Below, in pieces: positions 34,512-42,146 of a stretch of 42,146 nt of DNA (within the stretch, counting starts at the first letter, position 1; every line of letters begins with the position of its first letter). Origin of the DNA: Candidatus Omnitrophica bacterium 4484_49 (GTDB taxonomy: Bacteria > Omnitrophota > Gorgyraeia > Kaelpiales > Kaelpiaceae); assembly GCA_002085265.1 (NCBI GenBank), contig NATI01000001.1:1-42146 (forward strand), written 5' to 3'. The translations under genes were made by a program, and so were the position numbers. Under the pieces are notes generated by a model. That model saw nothing but the letters and a program-made list of their open reading frames with translations, ran no database searches and was not told the DNA's origin.

Positions 34512-35822
34512 ATGAGTATTTATAATCTGGTAAGTTTTTCAGGGATATTCGTTTTGATCTTTGTATCCTGGATACTTTCAGTAAATAGAAAATCTGTAAA
34601 CTGGAAGGTAGTGGTCTGGGGCATGGGCCTGCAGCTTCTAATTGCTATTTTTTTATTCTTGTTTCCTCTGGGAACCAAGATATTTATAGGGATAAACGAA
34701 GGAGTGATAAAAATTCTCAATTCTGCTACCGCCGGTGGTAAATTTGTATTTGGAAGGCTCGCTCTTGCTCCTGGAGAGAAAGGGCCTCAAGGGGAAACTT
34801 CTCTGGGTTTTATCCTTGCCTTTCAGGCATTTCCAACAATTATTTTCTTCTCCAGTTTAATGTCAATTTTTTATTACTTTAATATTCTTCCGGTAATCAT
34901 AACGTTTCTCAGGCGATTATTTTCTTCTGTAATGAGAATTTCCGGAGCCGAATCTTTGGCTACCGCAAGTAATATATTCGTAGGGATTGAATCCGCATTT
35001 ACTATTAGACCATATTTGAGAGAAATGACAATTTCTGAACTGTGTACGGTTTTGACTGCAGGGATGGCAACTGTGGCATCTAATGTCCTTGCCCTTTATG
35101 TATTTACTCTCAGGGAGCAATTTCCAAGTATAGCAGGCCATTTGATATCTGCTTCTCTTCTCTCTGCGCCTGCTGCGATTATAATTTCCAAACTATTGGT
35201 TCCCGAAACTCATACTCCCAGGACCTTGGGTAAGGATGTAAAGTTATGTTATGAAAAGGACAGCTCACTTTTTGAAGCCATAATAAATGGTGCCAACGCT
35301 GGAGTTAAGGTGATAGTGGGGATAGTAGCTCTCTTAATTGCTGTTTTGGGGTTGGTCTCAGTTATAGATTTATTTCTGGGAATTATAGGCGCCAGAGTTA
35401 ATGCGATTTTCAACTGGCAATTTAATTGGACATTGTCTAATATTCTGGGGTATTTATTTTATCCTCTATGTCTGGTTTTAGGTATGCCGGTTTCTGACTG
35501 TAGTTTGGCAGGGAAAATTATCGGGGAGAGACTTGTGCTCACGGAAGTGGTTTCTTATAGACATCTGGCAGAGGCAATGCGTCAGGGAGTATTTCTTAGT
35601 CCCCGTTCTCCAGTTATCATCGCCTATGCTCTATGTGGTTTTGCCCACATTGCCTCGATGGCAATTTTTGTAGGAGGGATTTCCGCTCTGGTACCTGAAC
35701 GCACCAGAGATATTGTAAGAGTATCTTGGAGAGCACTTCTGGGGGCAACTTTAGCCTGTTTGCTTACTGCCTGTGTCGCAGGGACTTTTCTTACACAGAA
35801 AGCGATTATTCTCTATCGTTAA
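34512..35822 (+). CDS. nupC: Concentrative nucleoside transporter (NupC/CNT family)
   Basis: This is a 436-aa polytopic protein with the CNT-like N-terminus NLVSFSGIFVLIFVSWILSVNRKSVNWKVV and conserved GF(I/V)LAFQ, GESLVLTEV-like and CGFAH segments. Confidence 0.8.
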   Translation: MSIYNLVSFSGIFVLIFVSWILSVNRKSVNWKVVVWGMGLQLLIAIFLFLFPLGTKIFIGINEGVIKILNSATAGGKFVFGRLALAPGEKGPQGETSLGFILAFQAFPTIIFFSSLMSIFYYFNILPVIITFLRRLFSSVMRISGAESLATASNIFVGIESAFTIRPYLREMTISELCTVLTAGMATVASNVLALYVFTLREQFPSIAGHLISASLLSAPAAIIISKLLVPETHTPRTLGKDVKLCYEKDSSLFEAIINGANAGVKVIVGIVALLIAVLGLVSVIDLFLGIIGARVNAIFNWQFNWTLSNILGYLFYPLCLVLGMPVSDCSLAGKIIGERLVLTEVVSYRHLAEAMRQGVFLSPRSPVIIAYALCGFAHIASMAIFVGGISALVPERTRDIVRVSWRALLGATLACLLTACVAGTFLTQKAIILYR

Positions 35823-35916
35823 AGATGGCAGTTAAAGATAGTTATACTATAAATGTCTTTGAGTACTCCTCCTGTAAGATTCTGTGTTTTGTATTTATAA
35901 ACATGGGTATTTGAAG

Positions 35917-35922
35917 TAAAAT
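35917..35922 (+). promoter_or_regulatory. -10 box TAAAAT, 6 nt upstream of the DUF1805 ATG (leaderless-type arrangement)
   Basis: TAAAAT at 35917-35922 is followed by AAAACA and ATG 35929. There is no SD and I saw no convincing -35. Confidence 0.3.
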
Positions 35923-35928
35923 AAAACA

Positions 35929-36219
35929 ATGTTTGTATATCGAAGAATAAAGGTGGGGGAAAAAGAATTGGATGCGTTCCGAATAAAGCTCGCTTCCAAA
36001 AGTCTAATTGTAATTGTGGGGAACAAGGGTTACATTATGTGTGGATATTTAGATATGGCGGTTGCTGATAAATTTAAAGATGTAGCGGTGAGGGTTAGTG
36101 GAGTCGACACCATATCTCAGGTATTGAGGGCTAAGGTGGAATCCTGTAGTAAGAATGCACACAGACTTGGAATTTATAAAGGACAGCCAATTACCGAAGT
36201 TATTGAGATAATTGGGTAG
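35929..36219 (+). CDS. DUF1805 (YunC-like) protein
   Basis: The 96-aa sequence includes LIVIVGNKGYIMCGYLDMAVADKF...AVRVSGVDTISQVL, typical of the YunC/DUF1805 family. Confidence 0.6.
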   Translation: MFVYRRIKVGEKELDAFRIKLASKSLIVIVGNKGYIMCGYLDMAVADKFKDVAVRVSGVDTISQVLRAKVESCSKNAHRLGIYKGQPITEVIEIIG

Positions 36220-36255
36220 TTTGTTAGTTGGCTAGTTGGTTAGTTTGTTAGTGGG
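36216..36255 (+). repeat. Five tandem 8-nt units, consensus TTAGTTKG
   Basis: The units are GTAGTTTG TTAGTTGG CTAGTTGG TTAGTTTG TTAGTGGG. The array starts at the DUF1805 stop codon and ends 12 nt before the addA ATG. Confidence 0.8.
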
Positions 36256-36267
36256 TTCCTTTTAAAG

Positions 36268-39200
36268 ATGACCGAAACTAAATCTCTAATTTCATCTCCT
36301 GAGGTTAGAATAGTGGATGCCTCTGCTGGCTCTGGCAAGACCTACGCCCTCGCGCACCGCTATATCCAGTTATTACTACAGAAGGAGGCTTCTCCGGATG
36401 CGATCAGGACGATTCTGGCTATTACATTTACTAACATGGCTGCGCGGGAGATGAAGGAAAGAGTTCTGGAATTCTTGAAGAAAATAGCTCTGGACTTTTT
36501 TACTGATCCCGGAGAGCGAGATATGATTTTTTCTAAAATCGAACTGGATAAACCCTTCGCTCAGATAAGAGCGCAGAAGATTCTGGATTATATAATTCAT
36601 AATTATAATTTCTTTCAGATTCAGACCATAGATAGTTTTATATATCTTTTACTTTCAGGATGCGCTTTTCGTCTCGGATTGCCGGCGAACTTCAAACTCC
36701 AGGAGAATTACCAACAGTTACTTCTCTATAGCGTGGATGAATGTATTGAAAAGGCAGCCAGAAATGTGGAACTGAGAGAAATATTTCAGGAGTTTCTCCG
36801 TCAGTATGTTTATATTGAAAATAAAGAAAACTGGTTTCCAAAAAGAGATATCCTCCGTCTTCTACAATCGCTATTCTCTCAGATGAATGTATATGGAAAA
36901 ACTTTCGCCAAATCCGACTGGAATGTTTCTCAGATTCTGGAAAGGAAGAGAGCGATTAAAAATCGGGTCAGAGAATTTATCCAGAGATATTCTCAATTCC
37001 TTAACGGGACTTTTTTGAATTCTTTGAAGAATTTTTGCGACCAGGAGGAGGTTTTTGACCTTATAATCCTGACGGGTAAAAATTTTACCAAAAAGACATT
37101 CCTTTATGACTCCCCTCCCTTGAAGAAATACGCTACGCCAGATCCCGAACTGGAAGAGGAATGGTTGAAAATAAGAGAAGAAATTACTGAAATTGCTGAG
37201 GCTGAGGCCCGAACAGTATTTAATTGCTATATAAATATTTTTGAACTTGTATATCGGATATTTGAATCCCGGGCGCAGAAAGAGGAGTTGATGTTTTTGC
37301 AAGAATTAAATAGGAAGGCTCAAGGGTTGTTCGGGAGAGATTTTCAGGTTCCGGAGATTTACTATCGTCTCGCCATTCGTTTTCGTCATTTTTTAATTGA
37401 TGAATTTCAGGATACAAGCAGATTACAATGGGAGAATCTATTTCTGATGATTGAGGATGCACTTGCTACGGGAGGTACCCTGTTTTATGTGGGAGATAAG
37501 AAACAGGCGATATACAGATGGAGAGGTGGTGAAGTAAGCCTTTTTGATAATATCAGGGAGAGATTAAGAAATTATAACATAAAAGAGGAGCAGTTAACCA
37601 CCAACTATCGTAGCCAAAAGGAAATTGTGGAATTTAACAATGCTGTGTTTTCTATCGAAAATCTGGAGCGTTTTTTACATCAGGAATTCGGAAATAGTAA
37701 TAATCTAATATATTTCTCCCCTCGTGATCGCAGCGAGATTCTGGAGATATTTGAAACTTCACATCAGAAACCAAGGCCAGAGAATAAATATGGGTATGTG
37801 AAGATGGAGAAAATAGAGGGGGAAGATGGAGATGAGCGTGTTCAGAAGATAAAAAATCAACTTAAGGATATTATATTGGATGTTAAGTCTCGAAATTTTG
37901 ACTTCAGTGATATTGCGATATTGTGCAGGTCCAATGATGAAGTTGAAATGCTCAGTGGATGGCTTATGGAAGAGGGATTCTCTGTCCAGTCGGAGAAAAC
38001 TCTGGATATCAGGAATAATTCTATTATTAAAGAATTAATTTCGCTTTTGAAATTTCTCAATTCTCCTATTGATAATCTCTCCTTTACTGCTTTTGTCACC
38101 GGAAAGATTTTTCAAAAAGCAACAAATATGGATTGGAGAGAACTGGAGCAGTTCTTATTTGGGTTGACCTCTATATCCGGAGATTACGGGAGTGAATATA
38201 TTTATCGCAGTTTTCGAAATACATATCCTGATCTCTGGAGTCAATATCTGGAGGAATTTTTCAAGTCGGTAGGTTTTCTGAGCACTTACGAACTGATGCT
38301 AAAAATCCTCACTAAATTCAGAGTATTTGAGAACTTTTCCCAATATCAGGGATTTGTAATGCATCTTCTGGAGTTGATGAAGGAGAAAGAAGAGGAGTTC
38401 CCCAGTCTGGAAGAATTTCTGGAATTTTATGAACATACAGAAGAAGAGATTTTCTATCTCCGGTTTTCAGAATCAGACGCTATAAGAGTGATGACCATTC
38501 ATAAAGCAAAAGGTCTGGAGTTTCCAGTAGTGATAATTCCATTTCTGGATATGGATATTACTCCCGGAAGAAGTCGTGAAAGGAGAGGGTCTTCTTATGT
38601 GACGTTCCCTTATGCTCACACACTTCGTCTTTTACGACTGGATAAAAAATATGTGGTTTTATCTCCTGGGATAAAAGATATTTACATTCAGGAGTACAAA
38701 CAGAGTTTTATAGATGAACTGGATGTTATATATGTAGCCTTCACCAGGGCTCAGTATGAGCTTTATGCTTTTTTGCCTTATGGAGGAAAGAAAAAAAATA
38801 TGGTGGTTAATCTCATCCCTTCCGACTTCTGGGAAAAAGGGCAGAGAAGGATATATACTCGAAGAAAAAAGAGACCGGAAGATGTTATATTTATCAATCC
38901 CTGTGAATATAAAGACTGGGCTGAATTTCTCAAAGAAGAAAGGATTTCAATCGACACTTTGAAGTCGAGATACGATGTTAAACGTGGAAATATCTTACAT
39001 TCCGTGCTGGCATTTATTTCCGACCTTTCCCTTGAAGATAAAGACAAAGTATTAGATGAAGCATTAACCAGGGTCAGGTTTCAGTATAGGGATCTTCCAC
39101 CAGCAGAATATAGAAGGGAGATTGAAAACATAGTTAACCACAGGGATTTCAAAAAGTTTTTTTACCTCGATGGCGCCGAGGTTTATCAGGAGAGGGAAGT

Positions 39201-39417
39201 TGTCGATTCCCGGGGAATGACCAGAAGAATAGACAGGTTGATTATTACCCGGGATGAGATCTGGGTTGTGGAATATAAAACCGGAAGTCCTCTTCCGGAA
39301 TACAGAATGCAGGTTGAAGAATATATGGACATTGTAAAGGGGATGTATCCTGAGCGTAAAATCTGTGGTTATATTCTGTATCTGGATAAGGGGAGAGTGG
39401 AAGAGATATATGGATAG
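36268..39417 (+). CDS. addA: AddA/RecB-like UvrD-family helicase with a C-terminal PD-(D/E)XK nuclease
   Basis: Helicase motifs are Walker A DASAGSGKTYAL, motif II DEFQDTS, GDKKQAIYRWRGG, TNYRS, TIHKAKGLEFPVVIIP and VAFTRA. The nuclease region reads RIDRLII...VVEYKTG. Confidence 0.85.
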   Translation: MTETKSLISSPEVRIVDASAGSGKTYALAHRYIQLLLQKEASPDAIRTILAITFTNMAAREMKERVLEFLKKIALDFFTDPGERDMIFSKIELDKPFAQIRAQKILDYIIHNYNFFQIQTIDSFIYLLLSGCAFRLGLPANFKLQENYQQLLLYSVDECIEKAARNVELREIFQEFLRQYVYIENKENWFPKRDILRLLQSLFSQMNVYGKTFAKSDWNVSQILERKRAIKNRVREFIQRYSQFLNGTFLNSLKNFCDQEEVFDLIILTGKNFTKKTFLYDSPPLKKYATPDPELEEEWLKIREEITEIAEAEARTVFNCYINIFELVYRIFESRAQKEELMFLQELNRKAQGLFGRDFQVPEIYYRLAIRFRHFLIDEFQDTSRLQWENLFLMIEDALATGGTLFYVGDKKQAIYRWRGGEVSLFDNIRERLRNYNIKEEQLTTNYRSQKEIVEFNNAVFSIENLERFLHQEFGNSNNLIYFSPRDRSEILEIFETSHQKPRPENKYGYVKMEKIEGEDGDERVQKIKNQLKDIILDVKSRNFDFSDIAILCRSNDEVEMLSGWLMEEGFSVQSEKTLDIRNNSIIKELISLLKFLNSPIDNLSFTAFVTGKIFQKATNMDWRELEQFLFGLTSISGDYGSEYIYRSFRNTYPDLWSQYLEEFFKSVGFLSTYELMLKILTKFRVFENFSQYQGFVMHLLELMKEKEEEFPSLEEFLEFYEHTEEEIFYLRFSESDAIRVMTIHKAKGLEFPVVIIPFLDMDITPGRSRERRGSSYVTFPYAHTLRLLRLDKKYVVLSPGIKDIYIQEYKQSFIDELDVIYVAFTRAQYELYAFLPYGGKKKNMVVNLIPSDFWEKGQRRIYTRRKKRPEDVIFINPCEYKDWAEFLKEERISIDTLKSRYDVKRGNILHSVLAFISDLSLEDKDKVLDEALTRVRFQYRDLPPAEYRREIENIVNHRDFKKFFYLDGAEVYQEREVVDSRGMTRRIDRLIITRDEIWVVEYKTGSPLPEYRMQVEEYMDIVKGMYPERKICGYILYLDKGRVEEIYG

Positions 39418-41506
39418 AATAATTACCCACAATTTCGATTGCGATATAATTCAGGAGTTGACAGATTATATTCTTAAGCATCATCGCAATTCCAAAAATG
39501 ATTATACTAAAGTAGCAGTGGTTTTTGGGGGAAAGAGACCTGCACTTTTTTTAAAGAGGACTCTGGCAGAGAAGTTGAAATCCAGTTATTATCCACCGCA
39601 GTGTTTCTCTGTGGAGGAATTCATCAATTATCTGATATCCAAGAAGGAGATTTTCACTTATGGTAATGACCTCGAAATCTGTTATTGGTTATACGAGATA
39701 GGTAAAGAAAAAGCTCCTCAGATTTTAGCCGGGAGGGAAAAATTCCATCAATTCCTGCCCTGGGCAAGAGAAATTCTGTCTTTCATCCAGGAACTGGATA
39801 TGGAAGATGTTGACGAAGATTTTCTTCTTAAAGTAAAACTCAGTGCCGAGATTGGATATGAGGTTCCTGAGAATATAAATGAACTTTTAAAGTCGATTGT
39901 GATGTTGCGGGAGGAATTCCATCGCAAACTGGAAGAAAAAAAATCATTTACCCGGGGATATACATATCTCAAAGCTGCACAATTAGTTTCTGAAATAGAC
40001 CTTTCGGAGTTTGAGGTGATAATATTTTGCGGGTTTTTTTATCTTCACAAGACGGAGTTAAAAATTTTCAGAGAACTTTTGTATCGTGATAAAGCGGTTT
40101 TAATTTTTCAGTGCGATGAACATTCTTGGCCGGTACTTAAAAAACTGGAGAAGGAACTTTCCATTTCGATTATTCCTGCTCGTCCTGCAAAGAGAAAACC
40201 TGAAGTAGTTATCCTCCGGGGGTTCGATATCCATTCTCAGGCTGGGCTGGTTAGAGAAATACTGAAAACTAACAGAATAAATTATAACCAGACGGTGATA
40301 GTTTTACCTCGCGCAGAGTCGTTGTTGCCTTTACTTTCAGAATTATCTCCTGTGCTTGAAGATTTTAATGTATCTCTGGGATACCCTCTCACCAGAAGCA
40401 CGATATGTAGTCTCCTGAATATAATCTTCAAAACTCAATTGACCAAGGGAGAAGATGGGTATTATACCCGGGATTACCTCAGGGTTTTAACTCACCCTTT
40501 GATAAAGAACCTGGACATTACAGGAGATCCTCGAGTCACCAGGATACTTGTGCACAAAATAGAAGAATTTCTGCTGGGGATAGAGGAAGATGAAATTTCA
40601 GGTAGTTTATTCATTACCTTGGAGGAGATAGAAAATTTCGACCTCCTTTATCTCCGTGCTCAGAGTGCGTTGAATCACATAGGTATTTTAATTTCGCCTG
40701 AAAATCTGGAATATGTTCTTAAACAACTGCACATAATCGGCTTTGGTCTCTGGGAGGGTTTGGTGAATTTTGAACAATTTGCTGATTCTGTGGAGAGATT
40801 TTTAGATACCATTTTGAACAGAAGTATGATAGAGAAATCTCCTCTGGATGTGAGAGCAATGGAGGAAATATACAGGATCAAGGACGAACTGAAGATAGTG
40901 GATTTCAAGGAGGAAAAGTTTCCTCAGGAGGAGTTATTCAAAATTTTCAATAATAAACTGGAAAATGAAGTAATTTCGTTTTCCGGCTCTCCCCTTAAGG
41001 GTTTACAGATATTGGGGCTTTACGAAACTCGAGCCCTGAGTTTTGAAAATGTGATAATTATGGATGTCAATGAAGGAGTTCTTCCAAAATTAAGAGTGTA
41101 TGAGCCATTGATACCTCGTCAGATAATGCTGGAGTTGGGGTTAAACAGATTAGAGGTGGAAGAGGAAATTCAACGATACCATTTTCAGAGGTTGGTGAAA
41201 TCCGCCCGCTCTGTTTATCTGATTTACGATGATCGTCCGGATAAAGAGAAAAGCCGGTTCATCGAAGAAATTATATGGGAGGAGGAGAAAAAACAGCGAA
41301 AGTTAAATGTTTTATCCCAGCCCCGGGCGGCCTATCGAGTGGAGGTTCTGGAAAAAAAGAGAGAAGTGGAAAAGTCCGATTTTATACTTCAGGGATTACA
41401 GAGGTTCACATTTTCTCCTACCAGCATAGATACTTATCTCGATTGTCCTTTACAGTTCTATTATCAATATCTTCTGAAACTGGAGGAGAAAGAAATTCCG
41501 GAATAG
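39410..41506 (+). CDS. addB: AddB-like helicase-nuclease subunit, N-terminal ~700 aa (frame ends prematurely)
   Basis: ATG 39410 overlaps the addA stop. The ATP-binding site appears degenerate, with VVFGGKRPAL where Walker A is expected. The fragment ends just after FSPTSIDTYLDCPLQFYYQYLL, the segment that carries the first Fe-S Cys in AddB-type proteins. Confidence 0.75.
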   Translation: MDRIITHNFDCDIIQELTDYILKHHRNSKNDYTKVAVVFGGKRPALFLKRTLAEKLKSSYYPPQCFSVEEFINYLISKKEIFTYGNDLEICYWLYEIGKEKAPQILAGREKFHQFLPWAREILSFIQELDMEDVDEDFLLKVKLSAEIGYEVPENINELLKSIVMLREEFHRKLEEKKSFTRGYTYLKAAQLVSEIDLSEFEVIIFCGFFYLHKTELKIFRELLYRDKAVLIFQCDEHSWPVLKKLEKELSISIIPARPAKRKPEVVILRGFDIHSQAGLVREILKTNRINYNQTVIVLPRAESLLPLLSELSPVLEDFNVSLGYPLTRSTICSLLNIIFKTQLTKGEDGYYTRDYLRVLTHPLIKNLDITGDPRVTRILVHKIEEFLLGIEEDEISGSLFITLEEIENFDLLYLRAQSALNHIGILISPENLEYVLKQLHIIGFGLWEGLVNFEQFADSVERFLDTILNRSMIEKSPLDVRAMEEIYRIKDELKIVDFKEEKFPQEELFKIFNNKLENEVISFSGSPLKGLQILGLYETRALSFENVIIMDVNEGVLPKLRVYEPLIPRQIMLELGLNRLEVEEEIQRYHFQRLVKSARSVYLIYDDRPDKEKSRFIEEIIWEEEKKQRKLNVLSQPRAAYRVEVLEKKREVEKSDFILQGLQRFTFSPTSIDTYLDCPLQFYYQYLLKLEEKEIPE

Positions 41507-41555
41507 GTTCCTTAAAGAATTTGAACATCGCTTCCGGACAGAATACGCCCGGAGA

Positions 41556-42137
41556 ATGGGTGCGGAGGCATTTCTGGTAGAATACATAATGAGGTATCGG
41601 CTTCAGCAGTTTCTGGATAATGAGGAGAAAAGAAGCATAGATATCAAAAAGATAATTTCTCTGGAAGATGATACCCTGGGAGGAAAAATTGGTTTTGAGC
41701 GAGGTGAGTTCAGTTTCATATGTAAGATTGATAGACTGGAGGAGCTCAAAGACGGAACTCTTTTGATTATAGATTATAAGACAGGTAACTCTGCAAATCC
41801 TCCTCAGAAATTGGTTAAACTTCAGGAAATGGAGATGAACCGTGAGGATATAAGAAGGAGAATAAATTCTTTCCAGTTGCCGCTTTATTATTATTTCGTT
41901 AAAGAGAGATATCCCCGATATAGAGTAAATGCAGTTCTGTACAGTTTGAAAAATATGCAAATTTCACAATTATTTAAGGAAAAGGACAGAGGTAGTGAGG
42001 AGGAGGTTATAAACTATTGCCTTAAGGCGCTGGAGTTTATAATTTCTGAAATTTTAAATCCTGCGGTCCCTTTCGTCCCTGATGACTCCGACCCCCGCAT
42101 TTGCAGAAACTGCTCTTATTTCTATTTGTGCAGATGA
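41556..42137 (+). CDS. addB: AddB-like C-terminal PD-(D/E)XK nuclease / Fe-S module (a different frame, open from 41478)
   Basis: The nuclease motif reads KIDRLEELKDGTLLIIDYKTG, and the C-terminus CRNCSYFYLC gives Cx2Cx5C. This frame is open back to 41478 and so overlaps the end of the upstream fragment. Confidence 0.7.
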   Translation: MGAEAFLVEYIMRYRLQQFLDNEEKRSIDIKKIISLEDDTLGGKIGFERGEFSFICKIDRLEELKDGTLLIIDYKTGNSANPPQKLVKLQEMEMNREDIRRRINSFQLPLYYYFVKERYPRYRVNAVLYSLKNMQISQLFKEKDRGSEEEVINYCLKALEFIISEILNPAVPFVPDDSDPRICRNCSYFYLCR

Positions 42138-42146
42138 AAATTTTAA

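Noticed and set aside
36871-37462. Minus-strand ORFs inside addA (143 aa and 80 aa)
   Set aside because: They are antisense to helicase-motif-bearing sequence and have no recognisable domain.
41275-41960. Third-frame + ORF 41275-41580 (101 aa) and minus-strand ORF 41418-41960 (180 aa) spanning the addB frame break
   Set aside because: I considered whether an inserted gene causes the addB break. The AddB-like sequence continues on both sides with only a one-nucleotide frame offset and no extra DNA between the two parts. Both alternative ORFs translate to low-complexity sequence.
36268-42137. UvrD-like helicase + PD-(D/E)XK nuclease pair as an anti-phage defence system
   Set aside because: The domain architecture is that of the housekeeping AddAB double-strand-break repair enzyme: a full SF1 helicase with a C-terminal nuclease, plus a partner with a degenerate ATPase, a nuclease and an Fe-S Cys pattern. 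The flanks are core genes with no other defence or mobile genes. It is kept as a finding only for the frame break and the upstream repeat.
1-42146. CRISPR arrays, IS elements, toxin-antitoxin pairs, retron/DGR-type reverse transcriptases
   Set aside because: I saw no spaced direct repeats of CRISPR dimensions, no transposase or RT motifs in any frame of the ORF track, and no terminal inverted repeats. Intergenic space is too small to hide such elements.

Overview
The window is 42.1 kb and visibly AT-rich. Every gene I can support, about 50 CDS and one tRNA, lies on the + strand. Packing is very tight, with many 1-20 nt start/stop overlaps such as ATGA and GTGA. All calls rest on motifs I recognised by eye in the supplied translations; no alignments or searches were run.

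Gene content, in order:
- comEC (3' part), tatA, tatC
- DUF3096 membrane peptide, GGDEF cyclase, queF, panE
- Pta-N-terminal-like P-loop/DRTGG protein, rex, apbE, NAD(P)HX epimerase
- Corrinoid/methyl module of the Wood-Ljungdahl pathway: acsC, acsV/RACo, cooC/acsF, acsD, acsE, then a 78-aa lipoyl-domain protein
- Lrp-type regulator plus aminotransferase (alaR/alaT-like)
- Glycolipid and nucleotide-sugar block: MGDG-synthase-like GT, LpxL-family acyltransferase, ugd, rmlC-like, rmlD, polyprenyl synthase, SDR epimerase, gmhB
- Family-4 UDG, priA, def, fmt
- Three poorly characterised genes, then an m5C RNA methyltransferase and a PUA-like ORF
- tRNA-Arg(CCG), PilZ, DUF523/TudS-like, Trbp111/CsaA-like tRNA-binding protein, era
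- TIGR00725 LOG-like protein and a zinc-ribbon membrane peptide
- DRG-like GTPase, SDR epimerase with a Zn-ribbon insert, nupC-type transporter, DUF1805
- AddA/AddB-type helicase-nuclease pair

The content suggests an uncultivated anaerobic bacterium, but that is only an inference. I see no CRISPR array, transposase, integrase, phage genes or obvious defence island, so this reads as core chromosome.

The features most worth a second look are modest:
1. addB has a single frame break that separates the ligands of its Fe-S cluster. A 5x tandem octamer sits just upstream of addA.
2. A DUF523/TudS-like gene overlaps a stand-alone tRNA-binding-domain gene.
3. The CFeSP/MeTr module has no CODH/ACS in the window, follows rex-apbE-nnrE and is followed by a mini lipoyl carrier.
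4. A -10 box (mostly TAAAAT) followed by 6-7 nt and ATG, with no Shine-Dalgarno, recurs at genes that follow intergenic gaps, which points to leaderless mRNAs.
5. The DRG-like GTPase reads DLPP where the G3 motif DxxG is expected.

I cannot point to a clear, previously undescribed multi-gene system with confidence.
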